Source: Bacteroidales bacterium (lineage in GTDB: Bacteria; Bacteroidota; Bacteroidia; Bacteroidales; UBA7960). From it: a DNA stretch of 64,000 nt. A program made the position numbers and the translations under genes. The notes under the pieces are model-generated. The model had not been told where the DNA came from and did no database searches. It worked only from the letters and a program-made list of their open reading frames with translations. Where the stretch lies: contig PXAA01000123.1 of NCBI GenBank assembly GCA_003567205.1, positions 9,242-73,241 of the forward strand, written 5' to 3'. This document shows, piece by piece, positions 32,450-42,944 of this stretch. The number at the start of each line of letters is the position of its first letter. The stretch's first letter is position 1.

Positions 32450-34396
32450 ATGTTCTCCGTCAGCAAGCTGTCCGTCCAATTCTCCGGCGAAGTGCTTTTT
32501 GATGATGTTACATTTATCATTAACAAGCGCGACCGGATCGGGCTGGTGGGAAAGAATGGTGCCGGGAAAACCACATTGATGAAGATCATCACCGGACAAT
32601 TCCGGCCGGAAAACGGGACAGTGAGCATGCCATCGGGCAGCACAGTGGGATACCTGCCCCAGGAAATGCACTTTCACAGCCGGCAGCAGGTGCTGGAAGA
32701 AACCCTGAATGCATTTTTGGAAGTCAAAGCACTGGAGAAGCAAATCAGAAATCTCACCGAAGAAATTACCCAAAGATCAGACTATCAAAGCGCAGCCTAC
32801 AGGCAGATGACACAAAAACTGGCCGAAGCAAGCGAACGATACGAACTTATGGGGGGTAGTACCCAAAGGGCAAGGGCCGAAAAAGTGTTGCTGGGCCTGG
32901 GTTTTGAACGAAGTGATATGGAAAGGCCCCTGGCTGAGTTTAGTGGCGGCTGGCAAATGCGCGTGGAACTGGCCAAGTTGTTGTTGCAGAGCCCGGAACT
33001 TTTACTGCTCGACGAGCCTACCAACCACCTGGATATCGAATCCATCCAGTGGCTGGAAAACTTCCTGCTGGATTATCCCGGTGCAGTGATGCTGGTCTCA
33101 CACGACCGGACATTTTTGGATACCATCACCAGCCGCACCCTGGAGCTGAGCCTGGGCAACCTCTATGATTACAAGGCCTGTTATTCCGATTATGAATTGC
33201 TGCGCCAGGAACGAATGGAGCGCGAGATGGCAGCCTTCAATAACCAACAGCGCGAAATTGCTCATATTGAGCGTTTTATCAGCCGTTTCCGGGCAAAGGC
33301 CACCAAGGCGCGCCAGGTGCAGTCGAAAGTGAAATTGCTGCAAAAAATGGAGAAGGTCGAAGTGGACGAATTGGATAAAAGCGCCATCCATTTTCGCTTT
33401 CCGGAAGCCCCACCCTCGGGGAAAATAAGCCTGGAAGCCAAAAACATCAGCAAGCATTATGGCGAAAAAGAAGTGCTCGGGGCTTTGAATTTCATTATCG
33501 GACGGGGGGAGCGCATTGCTTTTGTGGGACGAAACGGAGAGGGGAAGACTACCCTTGCCCGCATCATCATTGGTGATCTTCAACACCAGGGTGTCATAAG
33601 GCTGGGTCACCAGGTAAAGATCGGATACTTCGCCCAGAATCAGTCGGAATATCTGGATGGCGGAAAAACCGTATACCAGACACTGGACGATGTGGCCGTC
33701 GGTGATGTACGCAAACATATACGCAGCATCTTGGGTGGATTCCTGTTCAGCGGCGACGATATCGAAAAAAGGGTCAAGGTGTTGTCGGGCGGTGAAAAAG
33801 CCCGCCTGGCCATCGCCAAATTACTGCTTGAACCTGTGAACCTGCTGGTACTTGACGAGCCCACCAATCATTTGGATATGCGTTCAAAAGACATCTTGAA
33901 GAATGCATTGTTGCAATTTGGCGGCACCATCATCGCAGTATCGCACGATCGTGACTTTTTGCAGGGGCTTACAGACAAGGTGTTTGAATTCAGAAATCAC
34001 CGTATCAGGGAGTTTTTCGGGGATATATACGACTTTATTGCCAGCCGGCGCATCGAATCCCTCAATGCCTTGGAAGCAGCGACAAACAAAATTAGTCCGG
34101 GCAGCGACAAAGCGTCGCCTGGTCGCCAATCATACGAACAGAAAAAAGATTATGAAAGGGAAGTCAGGCGACTGGAAAGAAGCATAAGCGATTGCGAGAC
34201 CAAAATCGAAACACTGGAAAAACAAGCCCGGGCCCTGGAGCAAATCATTGCCAATCCATCATTGGACCAGGGAAAGGTGGATAGCGGCCAGGTATTTGCC
34301 GAATACGAAGCCCTGAAAAAACAGATCCGTGAACAAGAATCTATTTGGGAAGAAGCCCACCTGAGGCTGGCAGAACTCAAACCAGAGGGGTTTTAA
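32450..34396 (+). CDS. ABC-F family ATP-binding protein
   Basis: Two nucleotide-binding domains (GKNGAGKT, GRNGEGKT; LDEPTNHLD twice), no TM segments, C-terminal coiled coil. Confidence 0.94.
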   Translation: MFSVSKLSVQFSGEVLFDDVTFIINKRDRIGLVGKNGAGKTTLMKIITGQFRPENGTVSMPSGSTVGYLPQEMHFHSRQQVLEETLNAFLEVKALEKQIRNLTEEITQRSDYQSAAYRQMTQKLAEASERYELMGGSTQRARAEKVLLGLGFERSDMERPLAEFSGGWQMRVELAKLLLQSPELLLLDEPTNHLDIESIQWLENFLLDYPGAVMLVSHDRTFLDTITSRTLELSLGNLYDYKACYSDYELLRQERMEREMAAFNNQQREIAHIERFISRFRAKATKARQVQSKVKLLQKMEKVEVDELDKSAIHFRFPEAPPSGKISLEAKNISKHYGEKEVLGALNFIIGRGERIAFVGRNGEGKTTLARIIIGDLQHQGVIRLGHQVKIGYFAQNQSEYLDGGKTVYQTLDDVAVGDVRKHIRSILGGFLFSGDDIEKRVKVLSGGEKARLAIAKLLLEPVNLLVLDEPTNHLDMRSKDILKNALLQFGGTIIAVSHDRDFLQGLTDKVFEFRNHRIREFFGDIYDFIASRRIESLNALEAATNKISPGSDKASPGRQSYEQKKDYEREVRRLERSISDCETKIETLEKQARALEQIIANPSLDQGKVDSGQVFAEYEALKKQIREQESIWEEAHLRLAELKPEGF

Positions 34397-36000
34397 ACGG
34401 CAAACTGCCTGACATAAAATTCCGGATTCAGTTCGCTGCCAGTTGCCTGGCGGATCATCTCCGACCAGTGATAACGTGCCCCAGGGGCAAAAACCTTTTC
34501 GCGGAAAAACTTCCCGATAACAGGTGACCCAACATATCCCCCGCCTTGCTGTTCCGGACGGACTGGCAGTTGTTTTTCTATACAGGCATAGAGCTGCGAA
34601 GCAAGCAATTCGCCCAGCAAATAATTATGGTAATAGCATGGCGCTGTAGCCACATGGATCTTGGAGGCCCAGTGCGGATAAGACAAATCATCGGGCGGGG
34701 CCAGCCCCTGGTATTTATTCACCAATGACCACCACAGTTGGTTCAGGTCCTGCCGGGGATCGGCGTACATGGATTGCTCAAAGCGATACATTACCTGTGC
34801 CCAGCGCGAAAACAGCAATTGCTCTGTTTGCATATTTTCTGTGGCCAGAGGGGTAATTACTGCGGCCTCCCCAGGTCTGATAATGCCCATGGCAGACATC
34901 CAGTGCGGATCAGAAGCCAGTCGGCCAAAAAACATGGCCACGGCTTCGGTGGTAAAAATATGGGCAGGTTCACGCAGTATAAAAGGTAAATCATTTGCGT
35001 AATATTTTTCATACACCGCATGTCCGTACTCATGCAACATGGTATTCATCCATTTCCTGTTTGGTTTTATGTTGCACAAAACCCGGACGTCACCACATCG
35101 GTCTATATGGATGCAGAAAGCATGCTGGTTTTTTCCGGGTTTTTCGAACAGGTCACTGTTTTTGATCAAATCGTCCACAGGCATCCCGATGCCTTCAAAA
35201 TACCTGGCAGTTAAAGTAACCAGGTCCTTGTCGGCATAATATTTATCGAGATCCAGTGTGTTTATCTTCGGGGCTTCCTGAAAAAACCTGTTCTGGTAAT
35301 GCCAGGGGCGCAGATCTGAAATATCTATACCGAATTTATCCGCCAGGAATTTGTCCACACGATCTTTAACCCTCCCGAAACCCTTGGCCGTCAATTTGTC
35401 CAATTGATCAAACAAGGCAATCACCTTTGCAGGGTCAAGCTCGCTTAATCGAAGGCTCATGTCGTGGTAGTCGGGATAACCGAGCAATCTGGCCGCCTGG
35501 TTACGCATCTCAACCAATCTGCGCACATCCGCCTCCACCAGTCCGCCCACCATTTTTGAAGCCTTCCAGGCCTTTTCCACTGCTGCCGGGTCGGTTGAAG
35601 TTTCCAAAATGTCCTCTACCTGGTTATCGGTAAGCCGGTGGCCATCCACCTCAGCACGGAAAAGGGAAAATTTATTGGCCACTTGCGTTTCAAGGTGTAT
35701 GATGGCTTCCTGGAGATCACCAGGAAGTTGGTGGGCTTTGTATATATGGTGCAGGATTTTTGCCTGGCGCTTGAGCAGTGCATCATCCAGGGCTCCGGGT
35801 TTCTGCAGTCCGTCCAGAAACCCATAACTGCCATCGGCTCTCAGAAACCGGGCATGGTCTATTTCTAGCCTGGCATACAGGTTATAGTATCTCTTTTTGC
35901 CCGTAACCGCCGCATTAAAATATGCCACATGTTTTTTCTTTTCCAGACGGGACACTGTATCCCTGTACTTATCAATAAAATCAAAGAATTTATTCTTCAT
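34393..36000 (-). CDS. Gluzincin metallopeptidase (M2/M3-like)
   Basis: LHEYGHAVY, TEAVAM, PCYYHNYLLG. Confidence 0.85.
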   Translation of the reverse strand: MKNKFFDFIDKYRDTVSRLEKKKHVAYFNAAVTGKKRYYNLYARLEIDHARFLRADGSYGFLDGLQKPGALDDALLKRQAKILHHIYKAHQLPGDLQEAIIHLETQVANKFSLFRAEVDGHRLTDNQVEDILETSTDPAAVEKAWKASKMVGGLVEADVRRLVEMRNQAARLLGYPDYHDMSLRLSELDPAKVIALFDQLDKLTAKGFGRVKDRVDKFLADKFGIDISDLRPWHYQNRFFQEAPKINTLDLDKYYADKDLVTLTARYFEGIGMPVDDLIKNSDLFEKPGKNQHAFCIHIDRCGDVRVLCNIKPNRKWMNTMLHEYGHAVYEKYYANDLPFILREPAHIFTTEAVAMFFGRLASDPHWMSAMGIIRPGEAAVITPLATENMQTEQLLFSRWAQVMYRFEQSMYADPRQDLNQLWWSLVNKYQGLAPPDDLSYPHWASKIHVATAPCYYHNYLLGELLASQLYACIEKQLPVRPEQQGGGYVGSPVIGKFFREKVFAPGARYHWSEMIRQATGSELNPEFYVRQFAV

Positions 36001-37549
36001 GGTCTTTCAAAAACAAAAAGTAATTATGAAAAAACACAAAAAAGGAAAGGCCTGCCTGGGTGTCGATGGTGTCTTCATTGAGCATAGATATCCATAATAT
36101 CACAAAAAAGGCAAGAAAAGGAAGGTGTCTGAAACGGTTGAGTTTCCTGGCCGGATATACCATAGCAAACAAGATCCATAGTGCACCGGGAATTCCGAAC
36201 AATACAGCAAAGGACAGGTATTGGTTATGCGGTTTCATCCAACGTTCAAACTGCAGTGAAGTGTTGATTTGTTCCAAACCGTATTGTGATGCCTCCCTGA
36301 TATCACCGGTGCCCCACCCCAGCAGGGGTTTTTTCTTGATGGCTTCCCATGCCGCTTTCCAGAATTCCAGCCGCTGGGCCAGGCTGTGCCCGGCAGAATC
36401 ACCCGTAAGCCGGTATTGCTGAATCTCCCACATGCTTTGATGAAGGCGTGTAACGACCCAAGGCCAGGTGGTATACCTGACATTGGCGATGCCCTTTTCG
36501 ATAGCCTGCAAATCCCTGTCGCTTAATTCTTTAAAATCACTGGCATCTTTACGTAAGCCCAATGAACTCATATACCTTAACAAGACATGCCTCACGGGTT
36601 CCCCCCGGTGGTTATAGCCATCATAATCAAGTTCACTGTAACGATTCCAGGCTTCCCTGAGCTCTTCCTCTGCCAGGTAAATGTATACCTGGTAACCGTT
36701 CTCCCGCAAGGGGTTATCCACGTTATGCGTATAGGGTGTATCCAGCGAGGAAAATTCTTCCAGTGCACCAGGACTGATCGCCTCCTTTTTTGTGACATTG
36801 CTCCACAACAAGGCCAACAGCAAACCGGCAGCGATCACAAAGAGTGAACCCGCCGCAATCAGAGCCGCCCGCCACGGATAAGGCATTGTCAGAACCTGTC
36901 TGACTGCCAGAACCATGATCACTGCCAGAAATACAGCTACACCCGATAAGGAATGCAGCAACACAAGATAAAACACGTGATAACCGGCCAGCCCGTATGA
37001 AAAAACCTGCCAAAACCGGTGGCCGCGAAAACCGCGACCGGCAAGATATAAGAGGGAAAATACCGATAAGGCCACCATCAGGCTCAAACGGATATGAGAC
37101 ACAAAGGGCGATAATTCGCGGTAGTCGATGAAATTCCCGGCAAAATATACATAGAGGCTAAAAAACGAAACCACCGTAATGGAGCCGGAAAAGGCCAGCA
37201 AAATCCAGCGCTTAAATCCTTTTGGAAGCGATCCGGAAGAAACCACCACGAGGGTGAGCAGAAATATGGGCAGGCGGGTACGCAGGGTGCTGACCCCGTA
37301 ATCCCAGTTGGATGAATAAAACAGCGCCACGATGTGCACAAGGTAAATGGAAGCGAATATCATGGCGGCTTTGTTGTCAAAAAACCGCCTGAATTTCTCC
37401 CCAAAACGACCTTCGATCAGCCAGTTTAAAAACAGGATAATCTGCGATACGCTCATCAAAAAAACCGAAGAAGGTAATCCGATGGCCAGGAGAGTCAGCC
37501 CTCCGAAATAAATCCATTGATGCATGTTTCGTCTGTATGTCACACTCAT
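35990..37549 (-). CDS. O-antigen ligase (Wzy_C) family membrane protein
   Basis: Multi-TM; QRLEFW, PLLGWGTGD, PHNQYL. Confidence 0.82.
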   Translation of the reverse strand: MSVTYRRNMHQWIYFGGLTLLAIGLPSSVFLMSVSQIILFLNWLIEGRFGEKFRRFFDNKAAMIFASIYLVHIVALFYSSNWDYGVSTLRTRLPIFLLTLVVVSSGSLPKGFKRWILLAFSGSITVVSFFSLYVYFAGNFIDYRELSPFVSHIRLSLMVALSVFSLLYLAGRGFRGHRFWQVFSYGLAGYHVFYLVLLHSLSGVAVFLAVIMVLAVRQVLTMPYPWRAALIAAGSLFVIAAGLLLALLWSNVTKKEAISPGALEEFSSLDTPYTHNVDNPLRENGYQVYIYLAEEELREAWNRYSELDYDGYNHRGEPVRHVLLRYMSSLGLRKDASDFKELSDRDLQAIEKGIANVRYTTWPWVVTRLHQSMWEIQQYRLTGDSAGHSLAQRLEFWKAAWEAIKKKPLLGWGTGDIREASQYGLEQINTSLQFERWMKPHNQYLSFAVLFGIPGALWILFAMVYPARKLNRFRHLPFLAFFVILWISMLNEDTIDTQAGLSFFVFFHNYFLFLKDHEE

Positions 37550-37565
37550 CAGCAAAGCAATTGGT

Positions 37566-39233
37566 TCATTCAATGCCGGCCAGGATATTGCGGTAAAATG
37601 TTTGGTCAGCCAACAGTTCAAGGGCTTTTTCCACGTCTGGATCGGAAGCCAGTGAAACAATCACCCGTCCCTTCTGGTAATAATAGCGGGATACAATTTC
37701 CTCGCGCAATAATTGTTCAACCTCCTGACGAAAAGTAATCAGATCCTGTGCTTTTTCGTCCTGGATCATTTGCTGGAGCCGGTAATATTCTTCTTCTATG
37801 GCCGCAAAGTATTTATCACCGGTTGCAGCCTTTTTCAGGTCTTTCAAAACATTTTCACTATCTGTATCATAGGTGAAATCGTGTCCTGCAATAAACCCTA
37901 AAAAGTCCTCATACAAATCGTTGGTAATAAAAAATGATTCCGGCCCGGGAAGCGTATCATGCAGACGCTGAAATTTTGTAGCAAAGTCGAATATTTTAAA
38001 TTCCCCCGACAGTCCGCGGGCAACATTGCTCAATGCGGGCCTTGTAACACGGATGTCAGGATCGATGCCTCCCCCGTCATAAACCCTTCTTCCACCCCTG
38101 GTCTGGTGAGGCATTTTCAGCGAATCCGGAATTTCAGCCACGCTGCCGTCTGCCCGCCTTTCTGCATAGTTGATGGCCTGAATGCTACGCCCGCTGGGAA
38201 TAAAATACTCGGCAACGGTTACTTTGAGCTGGGTGTTATAACTCAACGGGACCACATTCTGCACCAACCCTTTGCCAAAAGTCCTGTTGCCAATGATTAC
38301 ACCCCTGTCAAAATCCTGGATGGCTCCGGCCACAATCTCTGATGCCGAAGCACTGCGACGGTTTACAATTACCACCAGGGATATATCTACATCTATGGGG
38401 TCATTCAGGGTCCGATGCGTGGTGCTTCGGTCTGGCAGACGCCCTTTGGTGCTTACAACCAGTTGATCCTTTTCAATAAAAAGGTTGGTAATGTTAACTG
38501 CCTCATGCAGCAATCCGCCACCATTGTCACGCAAATCCAGGATAAGGCTTTCGGGTTTGTTCTCTTCGTATAATTCCAGAAAGGCATTCCTGACCTCACG
38601 GCTGGCACGTTGGGTAAACCCCGATAGTTTGATATATGCGGTTCGTTCATTGAGCATTCCGTAATAAGGGATGTTGTCTATACGGACCACTTCGCGTTCC
38701 AGGCTTGTTGACCATAGCTCCCCATCCCGGTCGATCAGAAGGCTCAAAGTGGTTCCGGGTTGTCCCTGCAAAAGGGCCCTGACTTCATCTTCATCACGTC
38801 CCATGGTTGACTGGCCGTTGATCTCCAGGATGAGATCGCCTGGCAGCAGACCGGCTTTGAATGCAGAAAAACCCTCGTGTGGCTCCACGATCATGATGTG
38901 GTCACCCCGGGGCCTGATCACTGCACCAATACCGCCATACTGTCCTGTGGTCATAAAACGGACATCCTCAATTTCCGACTCTGTGATAAAGGTAGTGTAC
39001 GGATCAAGGGTTGACAACATGCCGTCAATTCCTGATTTCATCATTTCAGAAACATTGATTTCGTCTACATAATTCACCACAAGCTCCTTGAACATGCTTG
39101 AAAAAATATCGAGATTCTTGACGATCTCAAAATTTCTGCTGCCTGCACTTGTCAGCACGATGGCAGATGAAGTAAAGATCAGGATCAAAAAGACCCATCT
39201 GATCTTGGTAGAGATTTTTTTTATCTGGTTCAT
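37566..39233 (-). CDS. S41 C-terminal processing peptidase
   Basis: LDPYT, DLRDNGGG, SASASEIVAG, TFGKGLVQ. Confidence 0.93.
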   Translation of the reverse strand: MNQIKKISTKIRWVFLILIFTSSAIVLTSAGSRNFEIVKNLDIFSSMFKELVVNYVDEINVSEMMKSGIDGMLSTLDPYTTFITESEIEDVRFMTTGQYGGIGAVIRPRGDHIMIVEPHEGFSAFKAGLLPGDLILEINGQSTMGRDEDEVRALLQGQPGTTLSLLIDRDGELWSTSLEREVVRIDNIPYYGMLNERTAYIKLSGFTQRASREVRNAFLELYEENKPESLILDLRDNGGGLLHEAVNITNLFIEKDQLVVSTKGRLPDRSTTHRTLNDPIDVDISLVVIVNRRSASASEIVAGAIQDFDRGVIIGNRTFGKGLVQNVVPLSYNTQLKVTVAEYFIPSGRSIQAINYAERRADGSVAEIPDSLKMPHQTRGGRRVYDGGGIDPDIRVTRPALSNVARGLSGEFKIFDFATKFQRLHDTLPGPESFFITNDLYEDFLGFIAGHDFTYDTDSENVLKDLKKAATGDKYFAAIEEEYYRLQQMIQDEKAQDLITFRQEVEQLLREEIVSRYYYQKGRVIVSLASDPDVEKALELLADQTFYRNILAGIE

Positions 39234-39255
39234 TTTTACGTAATATTTAATTCGT

Positions 39256-39498
39256 TTATGGGACCGGGTCATGGCCATTGCCTCCCCACGGATGGCATGA
39301 AGCAATGCGTTTGAGGCTCAGCCAGCCCCCTTTGAACGGGCCATGTTTCTTAATGGCATCCACACCATACTGCGAACAAGTGGGCGTGTACCGGCATGAC
39401 GGTGGGAAATAAGGTGATATGGCCCCCTGGTAAAAGCGTATCAGCCCTATGAACAACCATCCCAATGCGTATTTTATTCCATATAACAGGCCTTTCAC
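39256..39498 (-). CDS. yidD: Membrane protein insertion efficiency factor
   Basis: [27 protein letters not shown]. Confidence 0.95.
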   Translation of the reverse strand: MKGLLYGIKYALGWLFIGLIRFYQGAISPYFPPSCRYTPTCSQYGVDAIKKHGPFKGGWLSLKRIASCHPWGGNGHDPVP

Positions 39499-39510
39499 GA
39501 ACTATCAATT

Positions 39511-39972
39511 TTAGGTCAAGGCATGCAGGCCATCCAGACCACCAGATTCTATCTCTTCCTGCAGCCTATGCAACGATTTCTGAAGGCTGCTTTCTATATC
39601 ATCAAAGCCCATTTCTTTGTCTGCCGCATATATCAGTGCGAACAGGCATCTGGCCTCCTTTTGTTCTAAAAACGAGTAAAACGGGCTTTTGTTTTTACGG
39701 TAGGCCTCTTTTACCAGCCGTTTGACACGATTCCGCCCAACCGCCTTTTTAATTCGCCGCCCGGATACACCGATGAGGCACTTGGCTGGATATGGGAATA
39801 AGCCGTTTTTCGGAAATACCTTCCGGTGCTGAAAGATCATCGGGATATCTTCGCGGGGCAGGCACAGATAAACGACACGGAACGGGTGCTGAAAAAAATG
39901 CCTGCCCTTTCTGAAAAGCAAACTACGCAGCCGGAAATTGCCCAACCGTTCGTTCTTTTTAAAAGTATACAT
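39511..39972 (-). CDS. rnpA: Ribonuclease P protein component
   Basis: TFKKNERL, KKAVGRNRVKRLVKEAYR. Confidence 0.92.
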   Translation of the reverse strand: MYTFKKNERLGNFRLRSLLFRKGRHFFQHPFRVVYLCLPREDIPMIFQHRKVFPKNGLFPYPAKCLIGVSGRRIKKAVGRNRVKRLVKEAYRKNKSPFYSFLEQKEARCLFALIYAADKEMGFDDIESSLQKSLHRLQEEIESGGLDGLHALT

Positions 39973-40019
39973 AGCGTGCTATCCTCTGTGGGAATCGGAC
40001 AATAAAAAACCGGAAAATA

Positions 40020-40763
40020 TTATTTGCCCGGTTTTTCCATGAATTCCTTCATGGCCATCACCATAGACGGGGCCGTTTTGGTTGGTGCAATAATGTGTAT
40101 CTTCAAGCCATCCTTTTCGGCGGCTTTTTGCGTGGCTTTCCCGAATGTGGCAATGACGGTATCCCCTTGTTCATATTCCGGGAAATTCAACCGCAAGGCC
40201 TGAATGCCGAAAGGACTAAAGAAAACCAGCATCTGGTATTTGCCAATATCAACATCCGAAAGGTCTTCCGGAACAGATCGGTATATCGGTGCTGCAGAGA
40301 ACTGAATTTTCTGTTGCTTTAACAGTTGGGGGATCTCTTTCTTATGATTTTCGGCGCATGGAAACAGGAATTTCTCGTCCCTGTGCTTTTTGATTACATC
40401 CAAAAGGTCAAAAAAATGATTCTTACCAAAAAATATTTTGCGCTTCCTGAATTGTACATATTTCTGAAGGTACAAGGCGATGGCCTCAGAGGTACAAAAA
40501 TACTTCATCTGTTCGGAGATCTGCACACGCAGTTCCTCACACAAACTGAAGAAATGATCAATAGCGTTTTTTGAAGTAAAAATAATCGCCGTATGTTCAG
40601 GAATCTGAATGCGGTGCTTTCTGAATTCCCTGGCGCCAACGCTTTCTATTTTGATAAACTTCCGGAAGCAAACATTCAGGTTGTACTCATTGATCAGGTC
40701 GGCATAGGGCGATTTATCATTCTCCGGCGGTGGTTGCGATATTAAAACATGTTTAAATTTCAA
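40020..40763 (-). CDS. hemD: Uroporphyrinogen-III synthase family protein
   Basis: LISQPPP..KSPY, IIFTSKNAIDHFF, LVFFSPFGI. Confidence 0.85.
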   Translation of the reverse strand: MKFKHVLISQPPPENDKSPYADLINEYNLNVCFRKFIKIESVGAREFRKHRIQIPEHTAIIFTSKNAIDHFFSLCEELRVQISEQMKYFCTSEAIALYLQKYVQFRKRKIFFGKNHFFDLLDVIKKHRDEKFLFPCAENHKKEIPQLLKQQKIQFSAAPIYRSVPEDLSDVDIGKYQMLVFFSPFGIQALRLNFPEYEQGDTVIATFGKATQKAAEKDGLKIHIIAPTKTAPSMVMAMKEFMEKPGK

Positions 40764-40781
40764 AGTCCTTCTCCTCTAACT

Positions 40782-41675
40782 TTATTGATTAAACAAATAT
40801 ACAGACGCCGCTTTACCCAGTATCAGCAAAGGAGCCAATTCAACGCCACAAAGGTACAAAAATAAGTAATACACAGAAAAACCAGATACCCGGTACCCCA
40901 GCAAAGCACCCCTGATTATTTTATAAATATTAAACAGAATAACAACGACCCAAGAGGCATACAAGCCATAATAGGTGGTGCTGAAAGCGTGGTAAAATAT
41001 AAATGGAAGGATTAACAATCCGACAAATTGATTAAATAAAAACAGGTTAGTAAAATATACCATTGTAGCCTTTCTGGTATGGAATATCCAAGCAAGAAAG
41101 CCCAGCATCAATTTTTTCATCAAATAGAAACCACTGAAAAACAAAACAATCAATCCAAAGATTAACAAATCATGGGTGTCTTGCCAGGGGGCAATCAAAT
41201 CAAAATATTTCAGGGTTTGCAATAACAAGAGGGAAATGGCCAGAATAAAATTAATGATGAGCAGGTAGCTGGGTGTTTCCCGGAACATCACGCCTTCTTT
41301 ATCGACAAAGGAAAAAAAACGATAGCCAAACACGGCCATCAACAATTGCCTGATGCGTCCCGGGAAAAAAAACCGGGCAATGGCCAGCTGAACCAGACAC
41401 AGAATAAACACAACGGCAATCCAGTCATTGGATATGGTTTCCTCAATGGGAATTTCCTGATAATTTGTAATGGGTTCAAGTAAATGGGGTGTGTCGAAAA
41501 ACTCACTACTACTAAATACCTGATTTTCCAAATCATCTGAAATATATACGCTGTCAGTGATAATATATGCCGGAAAATCCGCCGTATCCTGTAACCCGGG
41601 ATAAGCATGAGCCGAAACCATTGCAGGACCAAAAAGTAATACGTATGCTTGAAAAACCAGGGAAAGCAGCATCAT
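40782..41675 (-). CDS. DUF4271 family membrane protein
   Basis: Multi-TM ending YYLFLYLCGVELAPL; typical position upstream of hemD. TACTTTTG -7 box at 41684-41691 on the minus strand. Confidence 0.8.
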   Translation of the reverse strand: MMLLSLVFQAYVLLFGPAMVSAHAYPGLQDTADFPAYIITDSVYISDDLENQVFSSSEFFDTPHLLEPITNYQEIPIEETISNDWIAVVFILCLVQLAIARFFFPGRIRQLLMAVFGYRFFSFVDKEGVMFRETPSYLLIINFILAISLLLLQTLKYFDLIAPWQDTHDLLIFGLIVLFFSGFYLMKKLMLGFLAWIFHTRKATMVYFTNLFLFNQFVGLLILPFIFYHAFSTTYYGLYASWVVVILFNIYKIIRGALLGYRVSGFSVYYLFLYLCGVELAPLLILGKAASVYLFNQ

Positions 41676-41887
41676 TTTTTTTACAAAAGTAATCCTTTTC
41701 TATAAAAAAAGGTCTGGTTTTTGTGGCCATTCCGGGGAATGTTATTTTTTTCACAAAATATGGATTAATTTTTGTGTGGGATAACAAAAAAATAACATAA
41801 ATCTTTTTGATGACAATTAAATTAATCCTAATTTTGTTGCTCATTGAATTTCAACCATATCCATCTTCATAAATCTTTTAATAATTG

Positions 41888-42889
41888 ATGCAATTCATCG
41901 AATCAATCAAACAAAAAGCAAAAAAACAGAATAAAACAATTGTACTTCCCGAAAGTCTGGATGAGCGTACTTTGCAAGCAGCCGATGCAATCATTTCAGG
42001 GGGTATTGCCCGCATTATTTTACTGGGTGAGCGGGAAAGCATCATGCGGGCAGCGGCCACAAACAAACTAAAATTCATCGAACAGGCCAGGATCATTAAT
42101 CCGGAGCAATTTGAAGAGAAAGAAGCCTATGCAGAAAAGCTTTACCAGATAAGACTGCACAAGGGGATCACGAAAAATGAAGCATTAACCCTGGTGAAAG
42201 ACCCCTTGTACCTGGCTACACTGCTGATCAAAGACGGAGTTGCTGACGGTGAAGTGGCCGGAGCTATGAATGTCACCGCAAATGTATTGCGCCCGGCATT
42301 TCAGATTATCAAAACTCTGCCCGGGATCAGTGTTGTATCGGGGGCATTTTTAATGATCATGAAAGAGAATCACTGGGGGGAAAATGGCATCATTGTGTTT
42401 GCAGACTGTGCGGTCCATCCCGATCCCAGTTCCAAAGAGCTGGCTGAAATCGCTGTAATGACGGCACGTACCACCCGTGCCATTGTGGGGGCAGAACCAA
42501 GGGTGGCCATGCTGAGTTTTTCTACCAAGGGTAGCGCCAAACATCCCATGGTTGACCGGGTAATTGAAGCCACCCGCCTTGCAAAAGGAATGGAGCCATC
42601 ACTGCTCATCGATGGAGAGATGCAGGCCGATGCCGCCATTGTCGAATCAATCGGCAAAAGCAAAGCACCCGGAAGCCCCATTGCCGGAAAAGCCAATGTA
42701 CTGGTATTTCCAACACTGGAAGTAGGAAACATTGCGTATAAACTAGTGCAAAGGCTTGCCGGGGCCGCAGCTGTCGGGCCGGTATTGCAGGGGCTGGCGG
42801 CACCCATCAATGATCTTTCGCGGGGATGTTCCGTTGATGACATTGTAAACATGGTGGCCATTACCGTAAACCAGGCCGCCGGACAATAA
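41888..42889 (+). CDS. pta: Phosphate acetyltransferase
   Basis: IVLPE, FADCAV, LSFSTKGS, GEMQADAA, NDLSRGCS. TAATTTTG -7 box at 41829. Confidence 0.96.
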   Translation: MQFIESIKQKAKKQNKTIVLPESLDERTLQAADAIISGGIARIILLGERESIMRAAATNKLKFIEQARIINPEQFEEKEAYAEKLYQIRLHKGITKNEALTLVKDPLYLATLLIKDGVADGEVAGAMNVTANVLRPAFQIIKTLPGISVVSGAFLMIMKENHWGENGIIVFADCAVHPDPSSKELAEIAVMTARTTRAIVGAEPRVAMLSFSTKGSAKHPMVDRVIEATRLAKGMEPSLLIDGEMQADAAIVESIGKSKAPGSPIAGKANVLVFPTLEVGNIAYKLVQRLAGAAAVGPVLQGLAAPINDLSRGCSVDDIVNMVAITVNQAAGQ

Positions 42890-42944
42890 TCTGAAACTAT
42901 ATTTGTTATTATCAACATATCATAAAAAAACCCATCTGAAGAAA

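Noticed and set aside
39511..41675. rnpA lacking upstream rpmH, and hemD outside a heme operon
   Set aside because: DUF4271-hemD-rnpA-yidD is a common Bacteroidota arrangement.
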